In this document: positions 12,450 through 24,055 of the stretch, piece after piece
How positions within the stretch are numbered: position 1 is the first letter of the stretch
How the letters are laid out: every line of letters starts with the position of its first letter
DNA from: Botryllus schlosseri
Lineage: Eukaryota
Direction: 5' to 3'
DNA: 64,000 nucleotides
Assembly (NCBI GenBank): GCA_051294905.1
Contig: CM119371.1
Location: 2,482,001 to 2,546,000 of the forward strand
Program-made: the position numbers and the translations under genes
The notes under the pieces: generated by a model
The model's database searches: none
Told to the model about the DNA's origin: nothing
What the model saw: the letters and a program-made list of their open reading frames with translations, nothing else

Positions 12450-13200
12450 CAGGGGTTCTTATGGGCGGGGTGGCATGGTGCCGAGAAACCGGGGGTGGCA
12501 TGGTGACCCTTATGTCTTATGGCGGGGGTGGCATGGTGCCATTGTGTCTTATGGCTGCGGTGGCATGGTTACCTTTTCGGGTATAGGCTGCGGCGGCATG
12601 GTGCCGTGAAACTCGTGGTGGCATGGTGACCCTTATAACTATAGGCTGCGGTCGCATGGTGCCACTGTGTCTTATGGGTGCGGCGACATGGTTACCTTTT
12701 CGGGTATAGGCTGCGGCGGCATGGTGCCGTGAAACTCGTGGTGGCATGGTGACCCTTATAACTATAGGCTGCGGTCGCATGGTGCCACTGTGTCTTATGG
12801 GTGCGGCGACATGGTTACCTTTTCGGGTATAGGCGGCGGCGGCATGCTAACGTGAAAACTCGTGGTGGCATGCTAATGTTTTTAGGTATACGTGCGGCGA
12901 CATGCTAACGACGATGATGTGTCTGTCATGTATTCTTACGCGATATGTGGTGACTCGCCATGTGTTCTTATGGGTGCGGTCGCATGCGGCTATTGGTTCT
13001 TATGGGTGCGGTGGCAAGCGGCTCTTATTTCCTATGGGCGGGGTCGCAAGCGGCTGGGAAACTCGTGGTGGCATGCGGCTTTTATGTCTTATGGCGGGGG
13101 CGGCAAGCGGCTATTGTGTCTTGTGGTCGAACGGTAACCCTTTTCAGTATAGACTGCGGTCGCAAGCGGCTTCGTTGTTGGCATGTCGTACTTCGTGTTG
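12450..13200 (+). repeat. GC-rich subterminal minisatellite (GGTGGCATGGTG-type subunits; 123-bp higher-order period)
   Basis: TTACCTTTTCGGGTATAGGC recurs at 12569, 12692 and 12815. The mirrored but diverged array is at ~22500-23410. Confidence 0.9.
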
Positions 13201-16200
13201 AATATGTATCAAGTAAATAGTCATGTAAATGAACCTTTGTTAATGTGTATATCGTCGTGTATTCTTACAAGATCTCTACTGATTCACCATGTGTTCTTAT
13301 GGGTGCAATCGTGACTCGCCTTTTTTGCTATAGGCGGTGGCGGTGATTCGCCTGTCGTGTATTCTTACGGGATCTGTGGTGATTCGCCATGTGTTCTTAT
13401 GGGTGCGCTCGCACGTCGTACTTTCAAGTATAGGTATCTCTCGCATGTCGTATTGGAAACTCGTGTTGGCTCGCTCACGCGGTGAAATTTTAGTAATCAG
13501 TTTGTCGCAGAACTTGATTTCACTCGTAAGATTTAATAAGTAACGAATAACAGACCGCCAGTGTCGGTAACTTGAATAGCGACAAATTGTCACTTATTTC
13601 CGCTCTAACCCTAATCCTTTGTGAAGTGAACGATTATTCAAAAGGGTGTGATATCATTTTAAAATCCAACGACCACTCACCGGATATTGCCTCAGACATA
13701 GCAATCCCTCATACCCGCTCACAAGGTAATATTTCGGTAATTAGTTTGTCCCAGAACCGTCGCAGACGGTGATTCGAAAACCACCAATTTGTCACTTGCC
13801 CGCGATCGCTATATGTTTCACGCCTCCCGAATAGTGGCTGACTTTAGTTGCGTGATAAGATCCATGAAAATATTCAATCAATGTGTCAATTTGTCAACTT
13901 GAAATGAAACTTACTACACAACTCAAGTTGATTCGTATCTGAATGTGTTAATTCGGTACAATTCTAATTAATTTGAGAAATCTTTTGATTCGACCGTAAC
14001 CTGAATATTACTGACGCCGACTTTCAGCCGCATCGAATTATTCGCACATTCCACGCCGCTGTTTTCGCACTTATAGAATCAATACCAACTATAACTCTAC
14101 AAGAATCAAGAATCACAAGTATGTGCATTATACAGTTATTGTCTTTATCAACACGAAATCAAACTCTTAACAAAAACACACATCTTATCACTCGTCAACT
14201 CTATCATGAAAATCATCGAGTCCTTATCATCAAAAATGCTATAGTGCGGCGTCGGAATCCATTCGCGGGGTGTACTAAAGTTAAATCCAGATAATCCAAA
14301 ATTCAATATTTGGACTTTGCCATAGTGTGAATTGAAATAGGATTGACAAACATGACTACCAACTTTGATCCAGCCACATTTCAAGATTATACTTTGAAAC
14401 AAGTAATGTAACATTACAACTCTATTCACGACCCCGCTTTCCGTTTGTCAAAGAGATATTTTAACATCTTACCATACTCAAAAGAATTATTCACAACATT
14501 AACAATTGTTAAAAATCTAGTTTCACTTACTTGATTATATCACTACAACTCACAAATTTGAATTAATTCATCCTGGTTGCATTCGTATGATCGGTCTTTT
14601 TTATTCGATTGTAAAGGTTGTTACTATTCTGAAGACAAAGTATTTACTAATCGGTGCATATACGATTTGACTTGGACATATTATATTTTGAGTATACGAG
14701 ATTTGAATGTCTGAACAATAACTGAGAATTAATTTATCGCAATTAAATCCGTATATTACAGCGTAAAAGATATTGGGGTGTCAGCAACTCTGTACGGTCG
14801 TAGTTACAACCACATTAACTAATCTACCCAGGCAACTCGTCATGATCATTCCTGAAATCAACACAAACACGACTACTGACTTGAGTTAACCGCGAAACAG
14901 CATCAAGTTTTAAATCCGCTTGCAGCTGACGGATTATTCGAATGCATCGATGGAGAATATTATTGAACTCGTCGGTATTGTCACTTCAACAAATTACACC
15001 GACTGCGAAAGTTAATATCGAATGGTAAGACTTGATCACATATTTGTTGAACACAGACATGACAAAGAACATGATCGGGATTTTATAAACTAGTCATATT
15101 ACTTTTGGCATCTATCAATATCAGAATACAAGACATCAAACTTTTTGTTAAATGTAACATAACACTTTTGGAATCGGATTCGTTATAGTCGTACAAATTG
15201 TATTAAACCCAACATCAAAACAAAAGGACTTTTTTAGTTCATTGAAATCAAATCATTCGTCTTCGACTTGTGCTTTTTTAGATTGCCCGCGACAATTCGT
15301 TTCGAGTGAGTTGTAACCAAAGTCAAGATATCTTTGTGTCCACAGATATGGAAGATGAATATAGCTAACACAATCACGAATCGACGTTTCAGAGTATTTC
15401 ACGGATGTAATAAACTTGTTAGTGTCACCTATCTAAAAGTACGCATGCGTTCGATTTCCATACCGACTGTTCCGATGTTTAGGATTCACTTACAATAACC
15501 ACGGGTGAGGATTTAACATCAACGTCGTTACTGGTGGTATTCACAACAGAGAATCGAAACATTACACAGTGTGAAAATATATCTTTGATATCAAAGCATT
15601 ATCCCAAGTATACGATTAATAGTCAACTCCGTTCACACTTTCTATAGAACGTGCTAAATGTAAAATATCACGAGGTTGCACTCTAAGACTTTGATCATTA
15701 CAAAAGTAAATTGGAATATGTTTGCTGGATGCATTCAATTCAGCTAGAAATGTCTAGTGCACAACAATCGTAATATCAAGGAAGTACTTGCTATCACTAA
15801 ACGTGTTTTGTATCGTTGTTCATTTGTAGTATTGATTGAAATTGTTTTTGAACACGCAAATAATAATTCCCGACATGAAACCAAGTCGCTGAAAGTCGTT
15901 ACCATAACAAAGAAACAATTTGTACGATGTTTGGCAAATGTACCCTATAGTTAGGTGTACTAGAATTATTTGTGTAACACATACACCGACAATGCAATCG
16001 AAATTTTTTCCGTTGTCATTCGCTAAAGTAAATGTCATCACAATACTCTGTCACTAAAAGACGTTACTCGGACGTGCTTGAATTCTAGGCATAGTTCTGA
16101 TTTACCCAACACAAGACCCAAGGACAACCCTAGTTTCAGTCGAACACAGATATCCAAAATATCGCACACTTCGCTATTCCTAAAGCGCAAACACCCGATA

Positions 16201-17354
16201 CAAAATATTACTTGTTGTGTTGTTGCGGCATCATCTTCACAATATCACCCTCGATACAAATGATGTTTATGTGTAACATGCTATTGATTTGAATCACACC
16301 CACCTGACGGAAGAGGATTTACTCAATCTTTACAAAATGGATATTGACCAACATCACATCGCCGGATTGTATCTGTTTTGCTGGATACGAGTTATGTTAG
16401 TTTAACAGTAAACAAATTTCACCCTCTTGTATTATGAACTCAATGCGTTAGCAGTCATTCAATATTTTGTTTGTGTCAACTAGTTACTTGGTATGTTACT
16501 CCACAACTCTTACAAAAGTACGACGGATATTAACATCACACTAAGTAATTAACTTTACTCCGCTTTCACAACAAAACAGCTAGTAGATATTATCATTCAA
16601 AATATTCCTAACCCTTTACACATCAGTAACAAATCATACAACGAATATGTTTTGTGGGTCGAGTTGTTGTTCAGTGTCAAGTCTACCTGTTGAAACGTAC
16701 ATTAAAACAACACAGTCACAATCAAATTAAAACCGCGAATCTATTTTCATTTCCTCGCAAACTGTCACATACAGAAAAATAAATTTAATTTCCCAAAACA
16801 TACTTGTAACCAATCGCTTTCATTAAACACACAACACTATAATAGTATTTACTTTCTACAACATAGACATTCCGGTGTAGTCAAGAAATCAAAATCATCG
16901 ACTTCTGTTTACGGTGTTAGTGTGTGCATGTCATACATGTGGGCCCGTATTAAAATGGACACGACACGACTGACTGTAAGGAGATAGAAGTCTATCGCAT
17001 AGATTTACATGTGGTCTTCGCTACGGTTTCAAAAAACGAATCATCTCTTTTGCATTGATCTAGACCGAGCAAGTTAGTTAATGGCCATGATTGTGTTTGT
17101 CATATGCGAATGATAGGGTTACTGTCAAATCTACATACAACAATCTTCTGACGATCATAATAGCAATTTTATTTTCCGCCCCTTCATAATTGTAAAACTC
17201 GGTAACTACGTTTAACAAGACCAATCACACTACCAGCGTTGAACACAAGATACCTACCCAAGTAAAATTATCATTTTCACCTAGAGGTCCACCATCACCT
17301 AACTAAAATACCATTGTCCTTTGGAGATTTATCGTTTACCCAGTGTAACAATCC

Positions 17355-17850
17355 CCTTTTCACTTGGAAATCTATTTTTGCCCTGGATAACAAACCTCTT
17401 TTCACTTGGAAATCTATTTTTGTCCTGGATAACAATCCTTTTTCACTTGGAAATATATTTTTTCTCTTGGTAACAAAACTTTTTCACTTGGAAATCTATT
17501 TTTTCTCTTGGTAACAATCCTTTTTCACTTGGAAATATATTTTTTCTCTTGGTAACAAAACTTTTTCACTTGGAAATCTATTTTTTCTCTTGGTAACAAA
17601 CCTTTTCCACTTGGAAATCTATTTTTTCTCTTGGTAACAAACCTTTTTCACTTGGAAATATATTTTTTCTCTTGGTAACAAACCTTTTTCACTTGGAAAT
17701 ATATTTTTTCCCTGAGCAACAAACCATTCTCACTTGGCGGGTCGTCGTTTACCTTAGTAAAAATATCATTTTCCTTTGGAGATCCGGCGTTTACCTAGTG
17801 TAACAATACATTTTCTCTTGGTCATCTAGCTTTTCCTAGAGTAACAAAAC
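17355..17850 (+). repeat. ~41-bp tandem array (about 10 copies, then degenerating) at the palindrome centre
   Basis: CACTTGGAAAT recurs at ~17361, 17403, 17444, 17486, 17527, 17567, 17608, 17649 and 17690, with a degenerate copy at 17731. Confidence 0.95.
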
Positions 17851-20800
17851 CATTTTCATTTTGAAATCTGACAAACACACCTGACAATTTGGTATTTGTT
17901 GTATTGACGATAGTTTGAAATAGATTACAACGAACAGTGACGGAAATAGATTTCCAAGTGAAAAGAGGTTTGTTATCCAGGGCAAAAATAGATTTCCAAG
18001 TGAAAAGGGGATTGTTACACTGGGTAAACGATAAATCTCCAAAGGACAATGGTATTTTAGTTAGGTGATGGTGGACCTCTAGGTGAAAATGATAATTTTA
18101 CTTGGGTAGGTATCTTGTGTTCAACGCTGGTAGTGTGATTGGTCTTGTTAAACGTAGTTACCGAGTTTTACAATTATGAAGGGGCGGAAAATAAAATTGC
18201 TATTATGATCGTCAGAAGATTGTTGTATGTAGATTTGACAGTAACCCTATCATTCGCATATGACAAACACAATCATGGCCATTAACTAACTTGCTCGGTC
18301 TAGATCAATGCAAAAGAGATGATTCGTTTTTTGAAACCGTAGCGAAGACCACATGTAAATCTATGCGATAGACTTCTATCTCCTTACAGTCAGTCGTGTC
18401 GTGTCCATTTTAATACGGGCCCACATGTATGACATGCACACACTAACACCGTAAACAGAAGTCGATGATTTTGATTTCTTGACTACACCGGAATGTCTAT
18501 GTTGTAGAAAGTAAATACTATTATAGTGTTGTGTGTTTAATGAAAGCGATTGGTTACAAGTATGTTTTGGGAAATTAAATTTATTTTTCTGTATGTGACA
18601 GTTTGCGAGGAAATGAAAATAGATTCGCGGTTTTAATTTGATTGTGACTGTGTTGTTTTAATGTACGTTTCAACAGGTAGACTTGACACTGAACAACAAC
18701 TCGACCCACAAAACATATTCGTTGTATGATTTGTTACTGATGTGTAAAGGGTTAGGAATATTTTGAATGATAATATCTACTAGCTGTTTTGTTGTGAAAG
18801 CGGAGTAAAGTTAATTACTTAGTGTGATGTTAATATCCGTCGTACTTTTGTAAGAGTTGTGGAGTAACATACCAAGTAACTAGTTGACACAAACAAAATA
18901 TTGAATGACTGCTAACGCATTGAGTTCATAATACAAGAGGGTGAAATTTGTTTACTGTTAAACTAACATAACTCGTATCCAGCAAAACAGATACAATCCG
19001 GCGATGTGATGTTGGTCAATATCCATTTTGTAAAGATTGAGTAAATCCTCTTCCGTCAGGTGGGTGTGATTCAAATCAATAGCATGTTACACATAAACAT
19101 CATTTGTATCGAGGGTGATATTGTGAAGATGATGCCGCAACAACACAACAAGTAATATTTTGTATCGGGTGTTTGCGCTTTAGGAATAGCGAAGTGTGCG
19201 ATATTTTGGATATCTGTGTTCGACTGAAACTAGGGTTGTCCTTGGGTCTTGTGTTGGGTAAATCAGAACTATGCCTAGAATTCAAGCACGTCCGAGTAAC
19301 GTCTTTTAGTGACAGAGTATTGTGATGACATTTACTTTAGCGAATGACAACGGAAAAAATTTCGATTGCATTGTCGGTGTATGTGTTACACAAATAATTC
19401 TAGTACACCTAACTATAGGGTACATTTGCCAAACATCGTACAAATTGTTTCTTTGTTATGGTAACGACTTTCAGCGACTTGGTTTCATGTCGGGAATTAT
19501 TATTTGCGTGTTCAAAAACAATTTCAATCAATACTACAAATGAACAACGATACAAAACACGTTTAGTGATAGCAAGTACTTCCTTGATATTACGATTGTT
19601 GTGCACTAGACATTTCTAGCTGAATTGAATGCATCCAGCAAACATATTCCAATTTACTTTTGTAATGATCAAAGTCTTAGAGTGCAACCTCGTGATATTT
19701 TACATTTAGCACGTTCTATAGAAAGTGTGAACGGAGTTGACTATTAATCGTATACTTGGGATAATGCTTTGATATCAAAGATATATTTTCACACTGTGTA
19801 ATGTTTCGATTCTCTGTTGTGAATACCACCAGTAACGACGTTGATGTTAAATCCTCACCCGTGGTTATTGTAAGTGAATCCTAAACATCGGAACAGTCGG
19901 TATGGAAATCGAACGCATGCGTACTTTTAGATAGGTGACACTAACAAGTTTATTACATCCGTGAAATACTCTGAAACGTCGATTCGTGATTGTGTTAGCT
20001 ATATTCATCTTCCATATCTGTGGACACAAAGATATCTTGACTTTGGTTACAACTCACTCGAAACGAATTGTCGCGGGCAATCTAAAAAAGCACAAGTCGA
20101 AGACGAATGATTTGATTTCAATGAACTAAAAAAGTCCTTTTGTTTTGATGTTGGGTTTAATACAATTTGTACGACTATAACGAATCCGATTCCAAAAGTG
20201 TTATGTTACATTTAACAAAAAGTTTGATGTCTTGTATTCTGATATTGATAGATGCGAAAAGTAATATGACTAGTTTATAAAATCCCGATCATGTTCTTTG
20301 TCATGTCTGTGTTCAACAAATATGTGATCAAGTCTTACCATTCGATATTAACTTTCGCAGTCGGTGTAATTTGTTGAAGTAACAATACCGACGAGTTCAA
20401 TAATATTCTCCATCGATGTATTCGAATAATCTGTCAGCTATAAGTGGATTAAAAACTTGATGTCGTTTTTGTGGTTAACTCAAGTCAGTGGTCGAGTTTG
20501 TGTTGATTTCAGGAATGATCATGACGTGTGGGCAGGGTAAATTAGTTTATGTGGTTGTAACTATGACCGTAAAGAGTTGCTGACATTCCAATAAGACGAG
20601 TTGGTGGTATATGCCTAAAACCGAACTTGATATGTTTGTTGGTTGTAGTGATTACTTGCGTAGTCTTGTCTACTTTTCGTAAGGATACTTTTTGTTTTGG
20701 TTGGGTAAGTTACAAACGGATTGACTTGACAAGGTTTTTTGTATTTTACTCTTTTGTGTATGGGAAGATGTTAAAATGTTGAGACGTAATACTATTTCCG

Positions 20801-22499
20801 TTCACTCGATTACAACATCAACAAAAAATAACCTGATAGTTTGTTCAAGGTTTCGACAAATAGATTGAAATATTCCGATTTACGATTTAACTCATCGCGT
20901 CACAAGTCGATCGCGGTATGCACAAGTGGTTGTCAAGTTAGAAATATTTACAACAGGTGCTATTTCATTGATTGATTCTATTGTGTGTAGTAACACATTA
21001 AAATATCGCGATAGTATTTACTGAAACTCTATTTGATAAACGGAAAACTCAGTCGTGAATAGAGTTGTAAGTTTCAAGGGTTGTTTCAAAGTATGATCTT
21101 GAAATGTGACTGGATCAAAGTTGGTAGTCATGTTTGTCAAAGTCCAAATATTTCATTTTGGATTATCTGGATTTATCTTTAGTACATCCCGCGAATGGAT
21201 TCCGATGCGGTACTATAACATTTTTGATAATAATGACTCAAGGATTTTCAATCAACAATACTGGAATTTTTTGGTAATGCTAGAGTTGACGAGTGATAAG
21301 ATGTGTGTTTTTGTTAAGAGTTTGATTCCAAGTCAATAAAGACAATAACTGTGTAATGCACATACTTGTGATTCTTGATTCTTGTAGAGTTATAGTTGGT
21401 ATTGATTCTATAAGTGTGAAAACAGTGGCGCGGAATGTGCGAATAATTCGATGTGGCTGAAAGTCGGCGTCAGTAATATTCGGGTTACGTTCGATTCAGC
21501 AAAAACGCGTTAAGGGATTTGTCAAAGGATTAGAGTTGTACCGATTTAAAACATTCAGATACGAATCGACTTGATTTGTGTAGTGAGTTACATTTCAAGT
21601 TGACAAACTAACACATTGATTGAATATTTTCATGGATCTTATCACGCAACTAAAGTCAGCCACTATTCGCGAGGTGTGAAACATATAGCGATCGCGGTCA
21701 AGTGACAAATTGTTGGTTTTCGAATCACCGCCTGCGACGGTTCTGGGACAAACTAATTACCGAAATATTACCTTGTGAGCGGGCATGAGGGATTGCTAGC
21801 ATTATCCGGTGAGTGGTCGTCGGATTTTAAAATTATATCACACCCTTTTGAATAAGCGTTCACTTCACAGAGGATTAGGGTTAGAGCGGAAATAAGTGAC
21901 AATTTGTCGCTATTCAAGTTACCGACACTGGCGGTCTGTTATTCGTTACTTGTTAAATCTTACGAGTGAAATCAAGTTCCGTGCCAAACTATCAAAATAT
22001 TACCTTGTGAGCGATTGGTATGTATGTAACATCAAGTCACGAATGATGGCTATGTCTGGGACATTATCTTGTGAGTGATCGTAGCATTTTACAAATATTT
22101 CACACCTTTTTTGAAGTGTTAGTTTGTGTGCACGGTTATTGTTGGTGTTGAAGTCGCCGTCTACGTCGGCTCTGTGACAAAATAATTACCAAAATATAAA
22201 TCTGCGAGTGATGCTTACGAATATTTCACCGCGTGAGCGATCGATATGTCTGTAACACCAAGTCGCGAAAGATGGTTATGTCCGAGATATTATCTTGTCA
22301 GCGATCGCGGGGTTTTGCAAACTATTTCACACATTTTTGAAGTGTTAGTTTGTGAACGCGGTTATTGTTGATGTTCGAAACGCCGTCTACGCCGGCTCTG
22401 CGGTAAACTAATTACCAAAATATTACCTTGGAAGTGATTCCTTGTCAGCGATTGCGGGGTTTTGCAAACTATTTCACACCTTTTTTGCTGAAAGTACGA

Positions 22500-23410
22500 C
22501 ATACCGCCCGCAGTCTATACCGAAAGTACGAATCACGACCGCATCCATAAGACGCAATAGCCGCATGCGACCCCCGCCGTAAGAAATAAGAGCCGCATGC
22601 CAACACGAGTTTCCAATACGACATGCGAGAGATGCCTATACCCGAAAGTACGAATCACGACAGCGTCCATAAGAATCCATTACGAATCACGGGAAAGTAC
22701 GAATCACGACCACGAGTTTTCATTACGATTCAGGAATAGTGTAATAATCGATAGTAGCGGCTGGACGAGAAATAATTCAGCACGCAGGTCGTTCGAAATA
22801 TAGGTCGCACTGCTTAATCCTCACAACAAGTCACGTTTCCGTCCGCGCGGTTATTGTTGGTGACTCGTACATATTCAACACCGCGCGAGAGATGCCTGAA
22901 AGTACGAATCACGACCGCACCCATAAGAACACATGGCGAGTCATCACAGATCCCGTAAGAATACACGACAGGCGAATCACCGCCACAGCCTATAGCAAAA
23001 AAGGCGAGTCACGACCGCGAGTTTTCACGATATACACATTAACAAAGATTCATTCACATGACTATTCACTTGATACATATTCAACACCGGTCGAGAGATG
23101 CCTATACTCGAAAGTACGACATACCACCCCGAGTTTCCATGCGATGTGCGAGAGATGTCTATATCTAAAAGTGCGACATGCCACCACGAGTTTTCCATGC
23201 GATGTGCGAGAGATGTCTATATCTAAAAGTGCGATATGCCACCACGAGTTTTCCATGCGATGTGTGAGAGATGCCTATACCGGAAAGTGCGACATGCCAC
23301 CCCACCCATAAGAACCAATGGCGATGTGCGACCGAGAGGGGGGTCTAAAAGCGCGATATGCCACCCCGGGTTTTCCAGGCGATATGCCACCCCGCCCATA
23401 AGAGCCCCAT
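22500..23410 (-). repeat. right subterminal minisatellite of the foldback
   Basis: Repeated ATGCCACCACGAGTTTTCCATGCGATGTGCGAGAGATG and CACCCCGCCCATAAGA units; inverse relatives of 12450-13470. Confidence 0.8.
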
Positions 23411-23809
23411 GCAAAAATTAGCCGCTCACGACCGATCTACTATACTACTCGCGTCTGCGAGTCTCTGTTGCTTAACCAGTTGCGAACTTGCTGGCACGAT
23501 ATCTTCACTTGCACTTGCTCGACGCGATCTCCATTGCGATTTCTCGCCAGCAAGAATTTTTTATTGTGGCTATCCGACAGTCCATGTTAACATTGTGTTT
23601 GCTATCGCAGCGGATTTAAATGTTGAGTACACAATTGCGCAATATTCATTGCTAGGCTACATGATTGAAGCATTGCCATATAAAAGAAAGTGAGCCTAAA
23701 ATTCTCCTTAAAAAATGATTGTACTCGCAGATAAACATATTGATACCCACTGTCTGTATACCACTTATTCCAGATTTTGTTAGTTGCCGATTCACAGAGC
23801 AGCTTGGCT

Positions 23810-24055
23810 ATGATTCATATATATGTATCAAACCATGAGTGCATGATGTGCATATGATGCTGCTGGACATTAAAGGTAAAGTAATCGAGTTTGAATACTT
23901 GGTAAATTTTGCACCGATTCACTGTGCCATCCCTGAATGTTGAATGTCAAGCGCCAACCTACGCATATCAGTTCTACTAATCAGTTCTCATGTCTGACAC
24001 GGTCGGGGATTGAGACACGATATAGCGGCCAAGCACCTGGTCGCGCTATCATTAT
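23810..24055 (-). mobile_element. old decayed copy of the 11824 SINE family (also ~31250-31480, ~39470-39715, ~45350-45580)
   Basis: Reverse complement contains CCCGACCGTGTCAGAC…CTGATTAGTA and GTCCAGCAGCATCATATGCACATCATGCACTCATGG, matching 11875-11910 and 12018-12050. Confidence 0.6.

Larger units (their letters stand above)
12421..23449. mobile_element. 11-kb non-coding foldback with Polinton/Maverick-type termini
   Basis: Left end AGTAGTGTATAGGATCGGTCGTGA; right end reverse complement AGTAGTATAGTAGATCGGTCGTGA. Arms 12421-17419 and 17944-23449 are inverted homologues (inner coordinates sum to 35363; three mirrored ORF pairs translate identically). No long ORF. The inverted repeat is certain; the Polinton assignment is inferred. 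Confidence 0.7.

Noticed and set aside
12517..13220. Repetitive ORFs (MRPQPIVIRVT…) as proteins
   Set aside because: By-products of the GC-rich minisatellite; frames are not preserved at the mirrored end.
17355..17850. CRISPR-like regularly spaced repeats
   Set aside because: Head-to-tail units with no unique spacers, no cas genes and a eukaryotic context; it is a minisatellite.
15757..19606. Identical ORF pairs on opposite strands as duplicated genes
   Set aside because: Short, overlapping, non-ATG starts and no recognisable domain; they only reflect the palindrome.
23455..23520. Minus-strand peptide QQVRNWLSNR / QQVRNWLINR resembling homeodomain helix 3
   Set aside because: Lacks the invariant WF and basic tail, and helices 1-2 are absent; likely chance.
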